A stretch of DNA of 64,000 bases from Octopus bimaculoides (GCF_001194135.2 NC_068988.1:93859977-93923976); one strand, 5' to 3'. Counted from the first letter of the stretch, positions 1 to 14,181 are shown. A program made the numbers and translations. The notes: generated by a model from the sequence alone, not told the origin.

Positions 1-198
1 CTGATTAAGGAAGTGGGTGGCCACAACCCAGGTTACATCACTGGACGACTTGTAGCCAAACAAACAACTGTCACTACAAACATTATGTCATTCCTAAAAC
101 AAAATCACGTTTTAAGGATTCAATATTTAATCCATCTTTTGCTTATTAAAGGTGATGATGGTGCAGATCCGAGACATTCATCTTACTCTGCCTCTAGC

Positions 199-420
199 TC
201 ATTGTATCTCATGGGAGCAGACATGATTGACAAGACCAATAGGAGACAGACAGGTCCTGTGGCACTGAGGGCAGTGAAAGTGACCCCGAACAACAACTGC
301 AGGGGGTTGATGACAATATCTCCCCGTCTCTTCATGTAGTCTCCTGCATTCAGTTTCAAAGCTTTCTATTCCAACATGGCACACAGACCACCTTGGTTTC
401 TGATTAACAGCCAGGGGCTT
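199..420 (-). mobile_element. RTE-type LINE 3' ORF end with C-terminal zinc knuckle
   Basis: ORF 199..447(-): 'RWSVCHVGIESFE...CPQCHRTCLSPIGLVNHVCSH', the RTE/BovB-like 'C..C.R...S.IGL.SH...H' motif. Confidence 0.7.
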
Positions 421-1399
421 CAATCGACCGGGAAGGGGAGGGACCACAGTTCCATAAAACTACTTATAACAACAACACTATTATTTACTCGTTTCCCTAA
501 ATGTAAGCAATCACATGAAACTACATTCTGTTATCTTTGCTACAGACAGAGTACATTTGGAACAAGGTAAACAGTGCAGTTGGAACAAGGTAAATAGAAT
601 GAAAAAAAAATTTTTTTTAAAACCATTACAAATTTTTTTTTTTTACTTTGCATTCGTTTTTAGATATTTTATAAAAAACAAAACAATAACAGGACAAATA
701 CAAGTAAAAACTCTTTTCTTTTTTTCTTTAAATCTATGTAAAAAAAATGTTTTCCCAATATTAACTGGACAAATGCCATACACAGATATCCTTTTAATCT
801 AAAAACTTCTCCATACCCACCCAGAATAATGANNNNNNNNNNNNNNNNNNNNNNNNNNNNNNNNNNNNNNNNNNNNNNNNNNNNNNNNNNNNNNNNNNNN
901 NNNNNNNNNNNNNNNNNNNNNNNNNNNNNNNNNNNNNNNNNNNNNNNNNNNNNNNNNNNNNNNNNNNNNNNNNNNNNNNNNNNNNNNNNNNNNNNNNNNN
1001 NNNNNNNNNNNNNNNNNNNNNNNNNNNNNNNNNNNNNNNNNNNNNNNNNNNNNNNNNNNNNNNNNNNNNNNNNNNNNNNNNNNNNNNNNNNNNNNNNNNN
1101 NNNNNNNNNNNNNNNNNNNNNNNNNNNNNNNNNNNNNNNNNNNNNNNNNNNNNNNNNNNNNNNNNNNNNNNNNNNNNNNNNNNNNNNNNNNNNNNNNNNN
1201 NNNNNNNNNNNNNNNNNNNNNNNNNNNNNNNNNNNNNNNNNNNNNNNNNNNNNNNNNNNNNNNNNNNNNNNNNNNNNNNNNNNNNNNNNNNNNNNNNNNN
1301 NNNNNNNNNNNNNNNNNNNNNNNNNNNNNNNNNNNNNNNNNNNNNNNNNNNNNNNNNNNNNNNNNNNNNNNNNNNNNNNNNNNNNNNNNNNNNNNNNNN

Positions 1400-1623
1400 A
1401 AATGTAACTTCATGGTAATGCACAATATTCTACAATGACAGACAGAAGTGTGCAAGTCATTTCTTATTCCTTCTCAACCACACGACAATACCAATATGAG
1501 TAAATTCCATGAAATATTTCTCTGGCGAGACTATACACTCACACACACACACATACAAACATGCATATGTATGTATTTGTGTGTATGTGCGTACGTGTAC
1601 ATGTGTGTGTGTGAGTGTATAAG
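1400..1623 (+). repeat. Exact 224-bp duplicate of 2012-2235, probably an assembly artefact
   Basis: Identical by eye; the first copy starts at a gap edge and the second ends at one. Confidence 0.8.
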
Positions 1624-1820
1624 ATATTGGAGTTTTTAAAAATGGGAATTAGTCATGGAAATGATGAAAAACAACAACAGCGATATGTATGTATGTGCAC
1701 GCATACACACACACACACACACACACACACNNNNNNNNNNCACACACACATACAAACATATATATTTACATACATGTATGTATGTATGTGCATACACACA
1801 TGATTGCACATACATATATC

Positions 1821-1858
<38 letters not shown>

Positions 1859-2604
1859 AATACAGCCCTGCTACACACGCACACAGAAACAACGCAACTA
1901 AATGTGAAAAACATGAAAAAGTGAACAAAGGAAAGAAGCTCTGTTATTTTTCTTTCTTTCTAAATTCTATTTTAAGAGATTTGAATTAAAGTGAAATTAG
2001 ATGGGAAATAGAAATGTAACTTCATGGTAATGCACAATATTCTACAATGACAGACAGAAGTGTGCAAGTCATTTCTTATTCCTTCTCAACCACACGACAA
2101 TACCAATATGAGTAAATTCCATGAAATATTTCTCTGGCGAGACTATACACTCACACACACACACATACAAACATGCATATGTATGTATTTGTGTGTATGT
2201 GCGTACGTGTACATGTGTGTGTGTGAGTGTATAAGNNNNNNNNNNNNNNNNNNNNNNNNNNNNNNNNNNNNNNNNNNNNNNNNNNNNNNNNNNNNNNNNN
2301 NNNNNNNNNNNNNNNNNNNNNNNNNNNNNNNNNNNNNNNNNNNNNNNNNNNNNNNNNNNNNNNNNNNNNNNNNNNNNNNNNNNNNNNNNNNNNNNNNNNN
2401 NNNNNNNNNNNNNNNNNNNNNNNNNNNNNNNNNNNNNNNNNNNNNNNNNNNNNNNNNNNNNNNNNNNNNNNNNNNNNNNNNNNNNNNNNNNNNNNNNNNN
2501 NNNNNNNNNNNNNNNNNNNNNNNNNNNNNNNNNNNNNNNNNNNNNNNNNNNNNNNNNNNNNNNNNNNNNNNNNNNNNNNNNNNNNNNNNNNNNNNNNNNN
2601 NNNN

Positions 2605-2638
<34 letters not shown>

Positions 2639-2691
2639 CCATCATATAATTATATACACACACACGCACAAATATAAGTGCATTTGTATTC

Positions 2692-2744
<53 letters not shown>

Positions 2745-3451
2745 AGTCTCCCTCAGGATACAGGGAAGTCATTTAGCATGATTTCACTTTATCACAGTTT
2801 TGATTTTGGTCAATTTCTTTTATTTTTACATCAACAGAAACGTTACCTGGTCATTTTGGTTTCGATTTTTCACCTCCCTTTCATTCCATTTCTTTGATGG
2901 AAGGCGGGGGTGGTAGTGGGCTGGGTGTGGGGGTCGAGGGTGGTAGTGCTGGTGTTTGACCATTCTCAGAACTAAGGCTTAACTTAAAATTATTCTTGTT
3001 TCAGTATTTTGGGATCATATGATTATATTTTGTAGGGTTTTGAAAGTAAAGTTTTGGGAAAAAAGCTACAGTTGTATGTGAAGAAAAAAACAAAAAAACA
3101 AAAAAAAACAACTCTTGAACAAAAATTGAATCCAATTCTTTAAAAATTCTTAAATATTGTTTTGATTATCATATATTGTTCATGGCTGAGTGGTAAGAAT
3201 TTGCTTCTCAACCACATGGTTCTGGGTTCTGTCCCAGCGTGTACATCTTGGGCAAGTGTCTCATGCCAAGCAAAGCCTTGTGAGTGGATTTGGTAGATGG
3301 AAACTGAAAGAGGCCCATTGTTTGTATACATATGAATAGGTGTGTCTTTGTGTCTGTGCTTGTCCCCGCTCCAGTGCTAGACAACCGGTGTGGGTTTGTT
3401 TATGTTTGTGTAGCTTAGTGGTACGACAAAAGACACTGATAGAACAAGTTG

Positions 3452-3781
3452 AGACCCCCTTCAGTCATGACTGACCATGGGATTGCACCTAGAAAGTCAC
3501 CCTCCAAGGCACAAGTCCGGGCAAGGTTGTTTATGGAAGACCAGCAGTCGTCCATGCATACCAGCCTCCCCTCTCCATGCCACCAGCGTTATCCAAGAGA
3601 GAGGCAAAGGGGCCGATACAGCTTGGCACCAGTGATGTCGCAACTCATTTCTACAGCTGAGTGAACTGGAGCAATGTGAAATAGTGTCTTACTCAAGAAC
3701 ACAACACGCAGCCCGGTCCTGGATTCGAACTCACAACCCCGCGATTGTAAGCTCGATGCTCTAACCACAGCCATGCACCTT
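3452..3781 (-). mobile_element. tRNA-derived SINE family C
   Basis: Minus strand: tRNA-like head (GTGGTTAGAGC...GAGTTCGAATCC) then conserved core-like GTGTTGTGTTCTTGAGTAAGACAC...GCTCCAGTTCACTCAGCTG. Confidence 0.8.
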
Positions 3782-3799
3782 TACAGAATTAAAAAACAT

Positions 3800-3867
3800 C
3801 AACCTTGAGAGAAAAGCTGAACATTAGAAGCATCAGTTGTGGCGTGCAAGAGAGACGATTGCGCTGG
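3800..3867 (+). mobile_element. Fragment of the same RTE LINE family, cut by a gap
   Basis: 'LREKLNIRSISCGVQERRLRW', homologous to 6850-6925. Confidence 0.65.
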
Positions 3868-6839
3868 NNNNNNNNNNNNNNNNNNNNNNNNNNNNNNNNN
3901 NNNNNNNNNNNNNNNNNNNNNNNNNNNNNNNNNNNNNNNNNNNNNNNNNNNNNNNNNNNNNNNNNNNNNNNNNNNNNNNNNNNNNNNNNNNNNNNNNNNN
4001 NNNNNNNNNNNNNNNNNNNNNNNNNNNNNNNNNNNNNNNNNNNNNNNNNNNNNNNNNNNNNNNNNNNNNNNNNNNNNNNNNNNNNNNNNNNNNNNNNNNN
4101 NNNNNNNNNNNNNNNNNNNNNNNNNNNNNNNNNNNNNNNNNNNNNNNNNNNNNNNNNNNNNNNNNNNNNNNNNNNNNNNNNNNNNNNNNNNNNNNNNNNN
4201 NNNNNNNNNNNNNNNNNNNNNNNNNNNNNNNNNNNNNNNNNNNNNNNNNNNNNNNNNNNNNNNNNNNNNNNNNNNNNNNNNNNNNNNNNNNNNNNNNNNN
4301 NNNNNNNNNNNNNNNNNNNNNNNNNNNNNNNNNNNNNNNNNNNNNNNNNNNNNNNNNNNNNNNNNNNNNNNNNNNNNNNNNNNNNNNNNNNNNNNNNNNN
4401 NNNNNNNNNNNNNNNNNNNNNNNNNNNNNNNNNNNNNNNNNNNNNNNNNNNNNNNNNNNNNNNNNNNNNNNNNNNNNNNNNNNNNNNNNNNNNNNNNNNN
4501 NNNNNNNNNNNNNNNNNNNNNNNNNNNNNNNNNNNNNNNNNNNNNNNNNNNNNNNNNNNNNNNNNNNNNNNNNNNNCCCCTCCTGATACCAATTTCCTCT
4601 CTTGCTAACCAGAATCATCTTACTTATTAATGATTCTTCATCCATTCATATTGTTCTCCCCACCCATATGTTACAGTGCTCCCCTACCGCCCCATACAAT
4701 CCCTGGACCACCAAATTCTCTCACCTCATGCCCTTCACCTGTTTATCTCTAATCCACTCCTGCAGCCTATCCAAACATGCCCTCTATTTTCTCCCCACCC
4801 CTGTCAACGCCATCATCATTACTACTACCCAACTGCTAGCATCCCTGTAGCCACCCCAACTTTCCATCACCCTCCCCCTCAACCCTTACTAAAACTTTAC
4901 AGATGTTCCCCATCTGCCTCACCTACTTTCCTTACCTCTTCCTTCATACACCCTGGCACTTCCTCTACACACTACTGTTCCTGCTACCTGAGGTACCACC
5001 TGGACACCTCATCACCAATGTCTATCTCCTTGGAGATAACTATCACACTTTCTCTCTCTCTCTCTTTCTCTCCTGAATGTGAGTATCCAGGTAACACCTC
5101 TACAAGAACCTGCCCTACCCCAACCTATTCCCCCAAACCTTAACCCCCATCTAACATACAGAAATATCTCTGCTTTCCCAAGGATTGCTGATGTGTGACC
5201 AACATGGAGACCTCAATGGTGTCATTGGTGCAAAATAAGCACCTCGTACACACTGTAGTGGTTGGCATTAGGAAGGGCATCCAAACCATGGTTGGAGGGA
5301 GCACAGGTAGAGGTGCGGGGTATTAGGAGAATCATTGTTGTGGGGAAGAAGAATAAGTCACAGCATCCTCAGGGTCTTTTAGAACTATTTCATTTAACAG
5401 TTGACACAAGTTATGCCATAAAATGGTTTTTATGTTTTACTGTAAAACTTAACCTAAATCTAAATGGTAGAAAAATGTGGAAAATGGAAGGGAAAAGTCA
5501 CATATCTGTACTGACCCCTTCTATCTTCTCAAACAATTGGTAGAGAAGACAGGGAGAATGAAAGATAAAGGAAATGATACAACAGTTATATGAAAGAGGG
5601 AATTATGAGTCTCTAGAACAATGTAGGATAAGACAATAATATAAAAAAATAATATGTAGCGAAGAAATATATAAAATTTGGGGGAGAGAATTAGAGAATT
5701 TTATGAGAAAATGTGCTAGAAAGATAGGATGTTGAACAAAGAGGATGATAGAGTTAACATAAATAGATAGACTAACAGACAGGCAAACAGAAATAAAATG
5801 GAATGTCAGTTAGAAAAAAGAAAAACAAACCTTATTTCTCTGCTATCCATCTGAATACTTCAACTAAAAGTGAAGAGATGATGATGAAGATATATCAGAG
5901 ACACCATATAATCTTTTATCTCTCCATGAACTTCATAAACAACTGTCTTATTTTGTTAGTTTCCCTTTATCAATGGAGGCACGGTTCATCTCCTCACCAC
6001 CCCCACAACCAATGAGGTAGAATGGATTTTATCAGATAACAGATTCCAAAATCAACCTATCACCTCTTCAATGATGGTTTTCCGTCAATTCAATTTGTAT
6101 ATTTTCCCCTTTTTCTGATACCTTTACCACCACACCTTTCACTGAAAACAAATTGTCAACTTGTCATAACCTTTACACAGCCAAACATATTTTCAGGTTC
6201 TACACACATACACACACACGCATGCATGCACACATTCCATTCCTTTAGTAAAAATTATGGTAGCCATCACACTTCATTCACACTCACTCCATTCATCTGA
6301 GTAACAAACACATACACATGCGCACACACATACACACATATATATTGAACAACATTGAGAAACACAAACCTGATCAAAGTAAAATATGTTGACAATGCAG
6401 ACATACATGTCAGTAACACAGCACAGTATAACATAAACATGCAGATAACACACACACACAATCATCTCAATGTGCAGCAAGTGCACAGAATACATACACC
6501 TCGAAAGCATAAACATCAGGTCCAGATCAAGACCCATTGAGGCCCTAAGCGCTTAAAAGATTTTGGTGCCCCCTCCTATATATATATATATATATGTATA
6601 TGTCATTAACTACTTGAAATACGATGTAGAAAAACAGCTGACAACTGATGAAGGGTCATTTTTTTAATGTCACTTGTCTTGTTTTCCATTTGTTTCTTTC
6701 CTTGTTCATAAAAAAAAGTTTGTATTCCATGTTGTTTACGTTGTGCCCATATATGCATGTGTATGTACATATATATGTATGTATGCATATATATTTATAT
6801 ATTATTTATATTATTATATGTGTAATGCCAGTGTGCATA

Positions 6840-7085
6840 TTCGGCTGAGTGTAAGTGCTTTGAGAGAAAAGTTGGTCCTAAGAAGCATCAGATGTTGTGT
6901 GCAAGAGTGGCAACTGCGCTGGTATGGTCATGTGGTACGAATGGATGAGGACAGCTGTGTGAAATAGTGTCAAACCCTAGCGGTTGATGGAAACTGTGGA
7001 AGACGTAGACCCAGGAAGACCTGGGATGAGGTGGTGAAGCACGACCTTTGAACATTAGGCCTCACCGAGGCAATGACTAGTGACA
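6840..7085 (+). mobile_element. RTE-type LINE RT C-terminal fragment
   Basis: 'LREKLVLRSIRCCVQEWQLRWYGHVVRMDEDSCVK*...GRRRPRKTWDEVVKHDL'; internal stops. Confidence 0.8.
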
Positions 7086-7221
7086 AAGACTAGAAAGGAT
7101 GTAAGGCAAAGTCGACCTCGGTGGAATTTGAACTCAGAACATAAAGACAGACGAAATACCATGAAGCATTTTGCCCAGCGTGCTAATGTTTCCCTGCATA
7201 TTGTGTTTGTTTGTGTGTGTG

Positions 7222-7260
<39 letters not shown>

Positions 7261-7619
7261 GTAAGTATATACACATACTTGCATGCACGTTTATAGAAAA
7301 TGGCTGGGAAAGTTTAGAAATTCTATAGAAAAGTCAGAGCCAACCGAAATTGTCACAAGTAGAACTGAAAAGGGGAGAGAAGGGTCTAAGACCATGTTTA
7401 AGAAGAACCTAAAGAAGTATTACAACGTAGCAAATAATGGTTAAAAAAAAAGATAATTTGGTAGAGAACCCCACCACCACCACCACCGCCACCCCAAAAT
7501 AAAAAAATGGATAAATAAATGAAAACTAGAGGCAGGGAGGTTTGAATCAATTTAAAACAATGGCAGGATACAGAGAAAGTGGAACAATATAATGTGCAAG
7601 GTTAAAGAGAAATTGACCA

Positions 7620-7779
7620 ATATACATATAAATATATATATATATCTGTGTGTGTGTGTGTGCGTGTATATGTATATATATATGTGTGTGTGCATATATA
7701 TATATATATCTATATCTATCTATCTATCTATCTATATATATATATATATATAATTATGTATATATATGTGTGTATGTGT

Positions 7780-7824
<45 letters not shown>

Positions 7825-7930
7825 ATATATATGTGTTTGTATCTATCTATCTATCTATCTATCTATATATATATATTACTATGTATATATATGTGTGTAT
7901 ATATGTGTTTGCATATATATATATATATTA
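7620..7930. repeat. (TA)/(TG)/(TATC) compound microsatellite
   Basis: Direct inspection. Confidence 0.95.
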
Positions 7931-10451
7931 ATGTCTAGTTCCTGTTATCATTCTTTATGCTTTTGGAAGACACAAGCAATGATTAGAAAAAAAAAAGAGA
8001 AACAGAAGAAATTTTTCAGACCGAACGAACGTCAGTAAACACAGAAGCTGAGGTAGAAAACTTAAATAAAAATGGCAAAAATTTCAAAGATATGGATAAG
8101 ACTCAAGGAGTGGGTGAGGCTGTGACAGAAGAATTGTGAGATGAGCAATAGTTTAATAAAGTGCTTTTTCAATTCATTGCAATGTCTGCGCCATTGTGAT
8201 GACGGAACGGATGGCATTGGTGGTGGTGGTGGTTCACTATACGTTTCTAACACTGGTTAATGATAGAGTAGACAGATTGTATAGAGTCACATATAAGACA
8301 AAAAGAGGATGTCATTTTAATAGTATAGTTGCTGAGCTAAGTAGAAAGCATGTATGCATAGTTTGGGTGAGAAAGCATTAAGTTTATGAAAACCTAAATT
8401 ACAGTGATAAACATGTTAATTTCTTACATTTTCTCCCTTACAATGTGTTTGCATTTTAAAGTAAAGCATATGTTGTATATACAGGGTGGGCTTGTTAGGA
8501 GGTTGAAAAACTGGAGTAAACAAAAAAGAACAACAAATAAAAAAAATAAAGATGTCTTGGCATGAATAAGTGGTTAGATTCACATCTATATACTTTTCTC
8601 AGAGGCTCCAGAAGAACTATTTTCAATGAAGAATTTTTTTTAAAAAAAGAAAAAAAAAAATGAACGCAAACTGTGCGTATGAAAAGGAAACAAATAAAAA
8701 AACTTTTAAAAAGTACAGCAAAGCCAAAAAAAATAAAATAGGAAAGAAAAATTAGTGAAAATAAAGTAAAAAAAAAATGCAAAATCCATCCCTTCGTGTC
8801 TGCCACATGGACAGTGAATATGAAAACTGCACTTTTCTATGCACTCAAGCCATACCCCAACAACATGTTCTTATGATAATTTCATAGTTTCATAGTTCAT
8901 CTTTTAAGTACAACTTACCTGGCAGGTAAAATTGGCATCTTTTAGGAGTTTGTTAAATCAATACTGTTGGAAGCAAACGGTGATGTATATTTTCAGAAAA
9001 AACCCACATAATACATTACTTAGTCTAATTTAGAACAAAATATATCAGTAAAAGTAAACTAAAAGTAAAAAAAAAAAGAAAAGGTAATATTTTTGGTAAT
9101 ACTAATGTTTTGGAATAAATGTGAAAATTCCAAATTTATCTAAAAATAGAAATCTAATCTGTCTTGAGCCATATTAGTTCTAAAATACTTCCAGAACAAT
9201 ATACAGAATACATAATAACAATGCCAAAATTATATATACATATATATATATAAAGCTGTATATATAAAAATGAATTAAAGGTGATGCTAAGCCATCATCA
9301 TCATCGTCATCGTTTAACGTCCGCTTTCCATGCTAGCATGGGTTGAACGATTTGACTGAGGACTGGTGAAACCGGATGGCAACACCAGGCTCCAATCTAA
9401 TTTGGCAGAGTTTCTACAGCTGGATGCCCTTCCTAATGCCAACCACTCAGAGAGTGTAGTGGGTGCTTTTACGTGTCACCCGCACGAAAACGGCCACGCT
9501 CGAAATGGTGTCTTTTATGTGCCACCCGCACAAGACCCAGTCCAGGGGCACTGGCAACGATCTCGCTCGAAAACCCTACAAAGGCCAGTCAGGCGGTNNN
9601 NNNNNNNNNNNNNNNNNNNNNNNNNNNNNNNNNNNNNNNNNNNNNNNNNNNNNNNNNNNNNNNNNNNNNNNNNNNNNNNNNNNNNNNNNNNNNNNNNNNN
9701 NNNNNNNNNNNNNNNNNNNNNNNNNNNNNNNNNNNNNNNNNNNNNNNNNNNNNNNNNNNNNNNNNNNNNNNNNNNNNNNNNNNNNNNNNNNNNNNNNNNN
9801 NNNNNNNNNNNNNNNNNNNNNNNNNNNNNNNNNNNNNNNNNNNNNNNNNNNNNNNNNNNNNNNNNNNNNNNNNNNNNNNNNNNNNNNNNNNNNNNNNNNN
9901 NNNNNNNNNNNNNNNNNNNNNNNNNNNNNNNNNNNNNNNNNNNNNNNNNNNNNNNNNNNNNNNNNNNNNNNNNNNNNNNNNNNNNNNNNNNNNNNNNNNN
10001 NNNNNNNNNNNNNNNNNNNNNNNNNNNNNNNNNNNNNNNNNNNNNNNNNNNNNNNNNNNNNNNNNNNNNNNNNNNNNNNNNNNNNNNNNNNNNNNNNNNN
10101 NNNNNNNNNNNNNNNNNNNNNNNNNNNNNNNNNNNNNNNNNNNNNNNNNNNNNNNNNNNNNNNNNNNNNNNNNNNNNNNNNNNNNNNNNNNNNNNNNNNN
10201 NNNNNNNNNNNNNNNNNNNNNNNNNNNNNNNNNNNNNNNNNNNNNNNNNNNNNNNNNNNNNNNNNNNNNNNNNNNNNNNNNNNNNNNNNNNNNNNNNNNN
10301 NNNNNNNNNNNNNNNNNNNNNNNNNNNNNNNNNNNNNNNNNNNNNNNNNNNNNNNNNNNNNNNNNNNNNNNNNNNNNNNNNNNNNNNNNNNNNNNNNNNN
10401 NNNNNNNNNNNNNNNNNNNNNNNNNNNNNNNNNNNNNNNNNNNNNNNNNNN

Positions 10452-10492
<41 letters not shown>

Positions 10493-11485
10493 ACATACAT
10501 ACAGACACATATAAGTAACAAAGATACCTATACATCCTTGTTATTTACTTACATTCTGCTCACCTAATTTTGAAATGTGTGGACTACACCGAACTTCCTC
10601 AATTTACCAAATTCAACTGAATCTTAATTATATTATATATATGTGTGTGTGTGTGTGTGTGTATAAGTAAAGAAAATGGAGAAATCCACAGACAGACATC
10701 AATTTATTAATACAAATCCAATATCAAACAACATCAACTTCCTATAACCTGTAATTGTTTCCATGTTCAATTAATTCAAATATCAAATAATCAAATTAAA
10801 TTAAATTAAAAATGTAATTTGAATACAGTGAATTGAAAATTTCGTCAGGGTGAGAAACTGACAGAAAACAAGGCATCACATCTCAATGGATTGAGTGATC
10901 ATTGTCAGACTCAGCATCAAATTCAAATGTGTGCACACGTGTATATTAATGCTCTTAAAAAACCCCAAAAAACTGTTACTTGCATATATGCAATTTTGTT
11001 TCATAATTATTTTTATTGAATTCGTGTGTGCGTTAATATATTTGAAAAACAAAAGAACCTTTAGAATGGATAAACAATACCTTTGATACAGTTAACAGTA
11101 AGCAAAACTATTTATCCTTAAATTTTCATTATTACTCGTGAGAATATGAATGCTAGTATAGCTTATTAATTACTTAAGAATTTTTCTAAGTCATTTAGTC
11201 ATAACTGCTAGTTTTAATAAATTAATTACTAATTTTTAATTTATATTGGCGTTAGGAAGGGCATCCAGCCGTAGAAACTCTGCCAAATCAGATTGGAGCC
11301 TGGTGTAGCCATCTGGTTTCACCAGTCCTCAGTCAAATCGTCCAACCCAAGCTAGCATGGAAAGCGGACATTAAACGATGATGATGATGATGATTATTTA
11401 AACTATAAAACATAGTTATTGTTTACCATGTACCACATGACTATGATGTATCCAATGTGCCTACCATGATATAGTAGCTGCATTC

Positions 11486-11890
11486 TACTGGCTCCCATGC
11501 CAGTGGCACATAAAAAAGCACAATCCAAATATGGCTGATGCCAGGTCTGCCTGACTGGCTCCTGTGCTGGTGGCACGTAAAAAGCACTATCCGAATGTGG
11601 CCGATACCGGTACCCCCTGACTGGCCTCTGTGCTGGTGGCACATGAAAAGCACAATCAGAATGTGATCGATGCCAGGCCCGCCTGACTGGCTCCCATGCC
11701 GGTGGCACGTAAAACGCACCTACTATACTCTTGGAGTGATTAGCATTAGGAAGGGCATCCAGTTGTAGAAACACTGCCAGATCAGATTGGAGCCTGGTGC
11801 AGCTGCTGGCTCTCCAGACCTCAGTCAAACCCTCCAACCCATGCCAACATGGAAAACGGATGTTGAACGATGATGATGATGATGATGATG
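11486..11890 (+). mobile_element. SINE family D ((GAT)n-tailed) with an internal 66-bp tandem array
   Basis: Units begin TGACTGG at 11552, 11618 and 11684 (partial unit at 11486), followed by the body ...GGAAGGGCATCCAG...GGACGTTAAACGATGATGAT. Confidence 0.85.
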
Positions 11891-12684
11891 AATATATCAT
11901 TTTTATTATAATCATGAGAAGATACAAAGAATGATATTTGAGGAATATGTTAATATTTACAAAATTATATCTACCAATTCATTAATATTTATAATATTTC
12001 ACTTTAATGTAACCATTTGAATCAGTGAGAAGCTAACATCTTTTTAGTATTTCACTGATACACTGGAAAAAACAGAGGAACTTGGATGCTAGCATCCCTC
12101 TAAGAAGTATTTATATCCTCGCAATAATTAATTTATACATATCATCACCATCATTTAACATCCGTTTTTCCATGCTGGCATGGGTTGGACGGTTTGACAG
12201 GGGACTAGCATGAGGCCTTTTTGGAGCTGGATTTTCTACGGAGTGCATGTCCTTGTTTACCCCCAACCTCAGTTTCTAGACATGAGTGGTCCTGAGACCA
12301 AGGCCTCTACCACAATTTTTAAGAAATGTAATGGAAAACTAGTTCAGGAAGGCAGGGATACTATTCCTTGAGATCCCTTTCAGAGCCTCCTCCTCCCACC
12401 TATTGTTACTTTTCTATGAAGTCTGTGTAAACATGAGCAGCAGAAGAGTTTGTAGTTTAGAGATAGCTAGAGTGAGAAGGTGCACCAGAGTTGGTAGAAA
12501 TTAATGAAGTTTGTGTTGCAATTGTTAGAAGCTAAGTTCTGTGATGCAACACAAATAGGAGCACAAGGAGTTAGTGTGGAGTATGTCAGCAAAACCTATG
12601 CTAAATGGAGTACAGGCAAAATAATGAGAAACAAGAGAGTGAATGCGAAAGATATTAAAAAAAGGGTATACAGATAGAAGTGGG

Positions 12685-12723
<39 letters not shown>

Positions 12724-14181
12724 TGTGTGTGTGTGTGTCTGTGTCTAAAACTATTTGTCACAGTGCCACCAACTGTAGCAGCCAAAGAATAATAATAACA
12801 GTAATTGTGAAAGTGATAAAATAGCAAAAATCAAAATAAAGGAAGTGAGTTGCAGAGGATAAAAGAATAAATAAACAAAATAATAGAAAGCACAATCTCT
12901 TCTAACATAGAACCAACATTGAGATTAGTTCTGGCAGTTGTCAGTGGCAAGCAGAGAGAGCAGAAACTTGTATAAAAGTTATGATTTAAAAGGATATTTC
13001 TCTTTGTTATTTGCCACCATTTATTTACATTTTTTTGTCAAAGACACTTGTTATTGTTTTGTTTTTAATGTTTTTATATAATAATTTTTACTCTGTATAT
13101 GTTGTGTATGTGTGCATATGTGTATGTTTTCTTGCAATATGCACTTCTTTCATATATGAATACATCTGAACAGAAGTAGGATATTAAAAAAAAAAGAAGA
13201 AAGAAAAACAACAAAAGAACACATATCGAAAGTGAAAGTAGGAGAGAAAGTGAAAGTAGGAGAGAGAGAGAGAAAGAAACATAACAAAATAAAAACTACA
13301 ACTACTAACAAAAATAAAGTCTTTTCACAGCTTTAGTATATGTTTGAAGGTGCTGATTTCTTCCTGATTTGTCACGAAGGTGGTCGGGAAATTCTGTGTG
13401 AAATATGGTAGAAAATATGGTAGCATAGAAGCAGGGGGGAGGAAGGGGAAGTGCAGAAGAGCAAGAGAAAAATGTAAGGAGAGAAGGATTAGAAAGAAGA
13501 AGACAAGGCAAATGGATGGAGAGTGATAATCATAAAGCAGAATCAGCTATAATTGCTCATATTTCCCCTTTACTGCTTGTTGTCATGAGACTTTCATTTC
13601 TGCCGCCAACATAACTGACAGCACCATCATCATCATCATCGTCGTCGTCATCTGCACTATCATTGTCAGCACCAACACTAGACCATTGCTACCACCACCA
13701 CCACTGCCACTGCTGCCACCACCACCACCACCACCACCACTGCCAACACAGCCACCTCTAACAAAGCGAGGTATAACAACAATGAAGGTTAACTGAAAAA
13801 TATCTAACAAAAATTCTGAGACTGGCTGAATAATAGATGGAGGAGGTGATGAAAAGGAGGAGGTGGTGGGTGGGGTAAAGAGAGTGACTGAATGAGATTC
13901 ACACACACACACACACACACAAACATTTACATGCATATATCTAAATATATATGCACACATCTTTCTACACACATACACATGTGAAAGTGCATGTTATAAA
14001 TATATGATAAATTAGAAAAAAAAAAAGAGTGGGGGTGGGGGACAGCCTCAGCTCCCCCCCCTACCCTTACATAAAACAAGTAAAAAGCTAAACTATGATT
14101 ATATATACATGTGTGTGTGTGGGTGCTCATATGCATAGATATATGTATATAGACACAGTCCAACACGATCACACACACATA

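Noticed and set aside
1400-2235. Tandem segmental duplication of 224 bp
   Set aside because: The copies are identical and each abuts an N gap, so a contig-overlap artefact is more likely.
4576-5160. Pro/Ser/Thr-rich ORFs (also 25170-25700)
   Set aside because: C-rich low-complexity sequence, probably decayed repeat; no protein motif.
11486-11745. CRISPR-like repeat/spacer periodicity
   Set aside because: The 'spacers' are homologous to each other, the array sits inside a dispersed SINE, there are no cas genes, and the DNA is eukaryotic.
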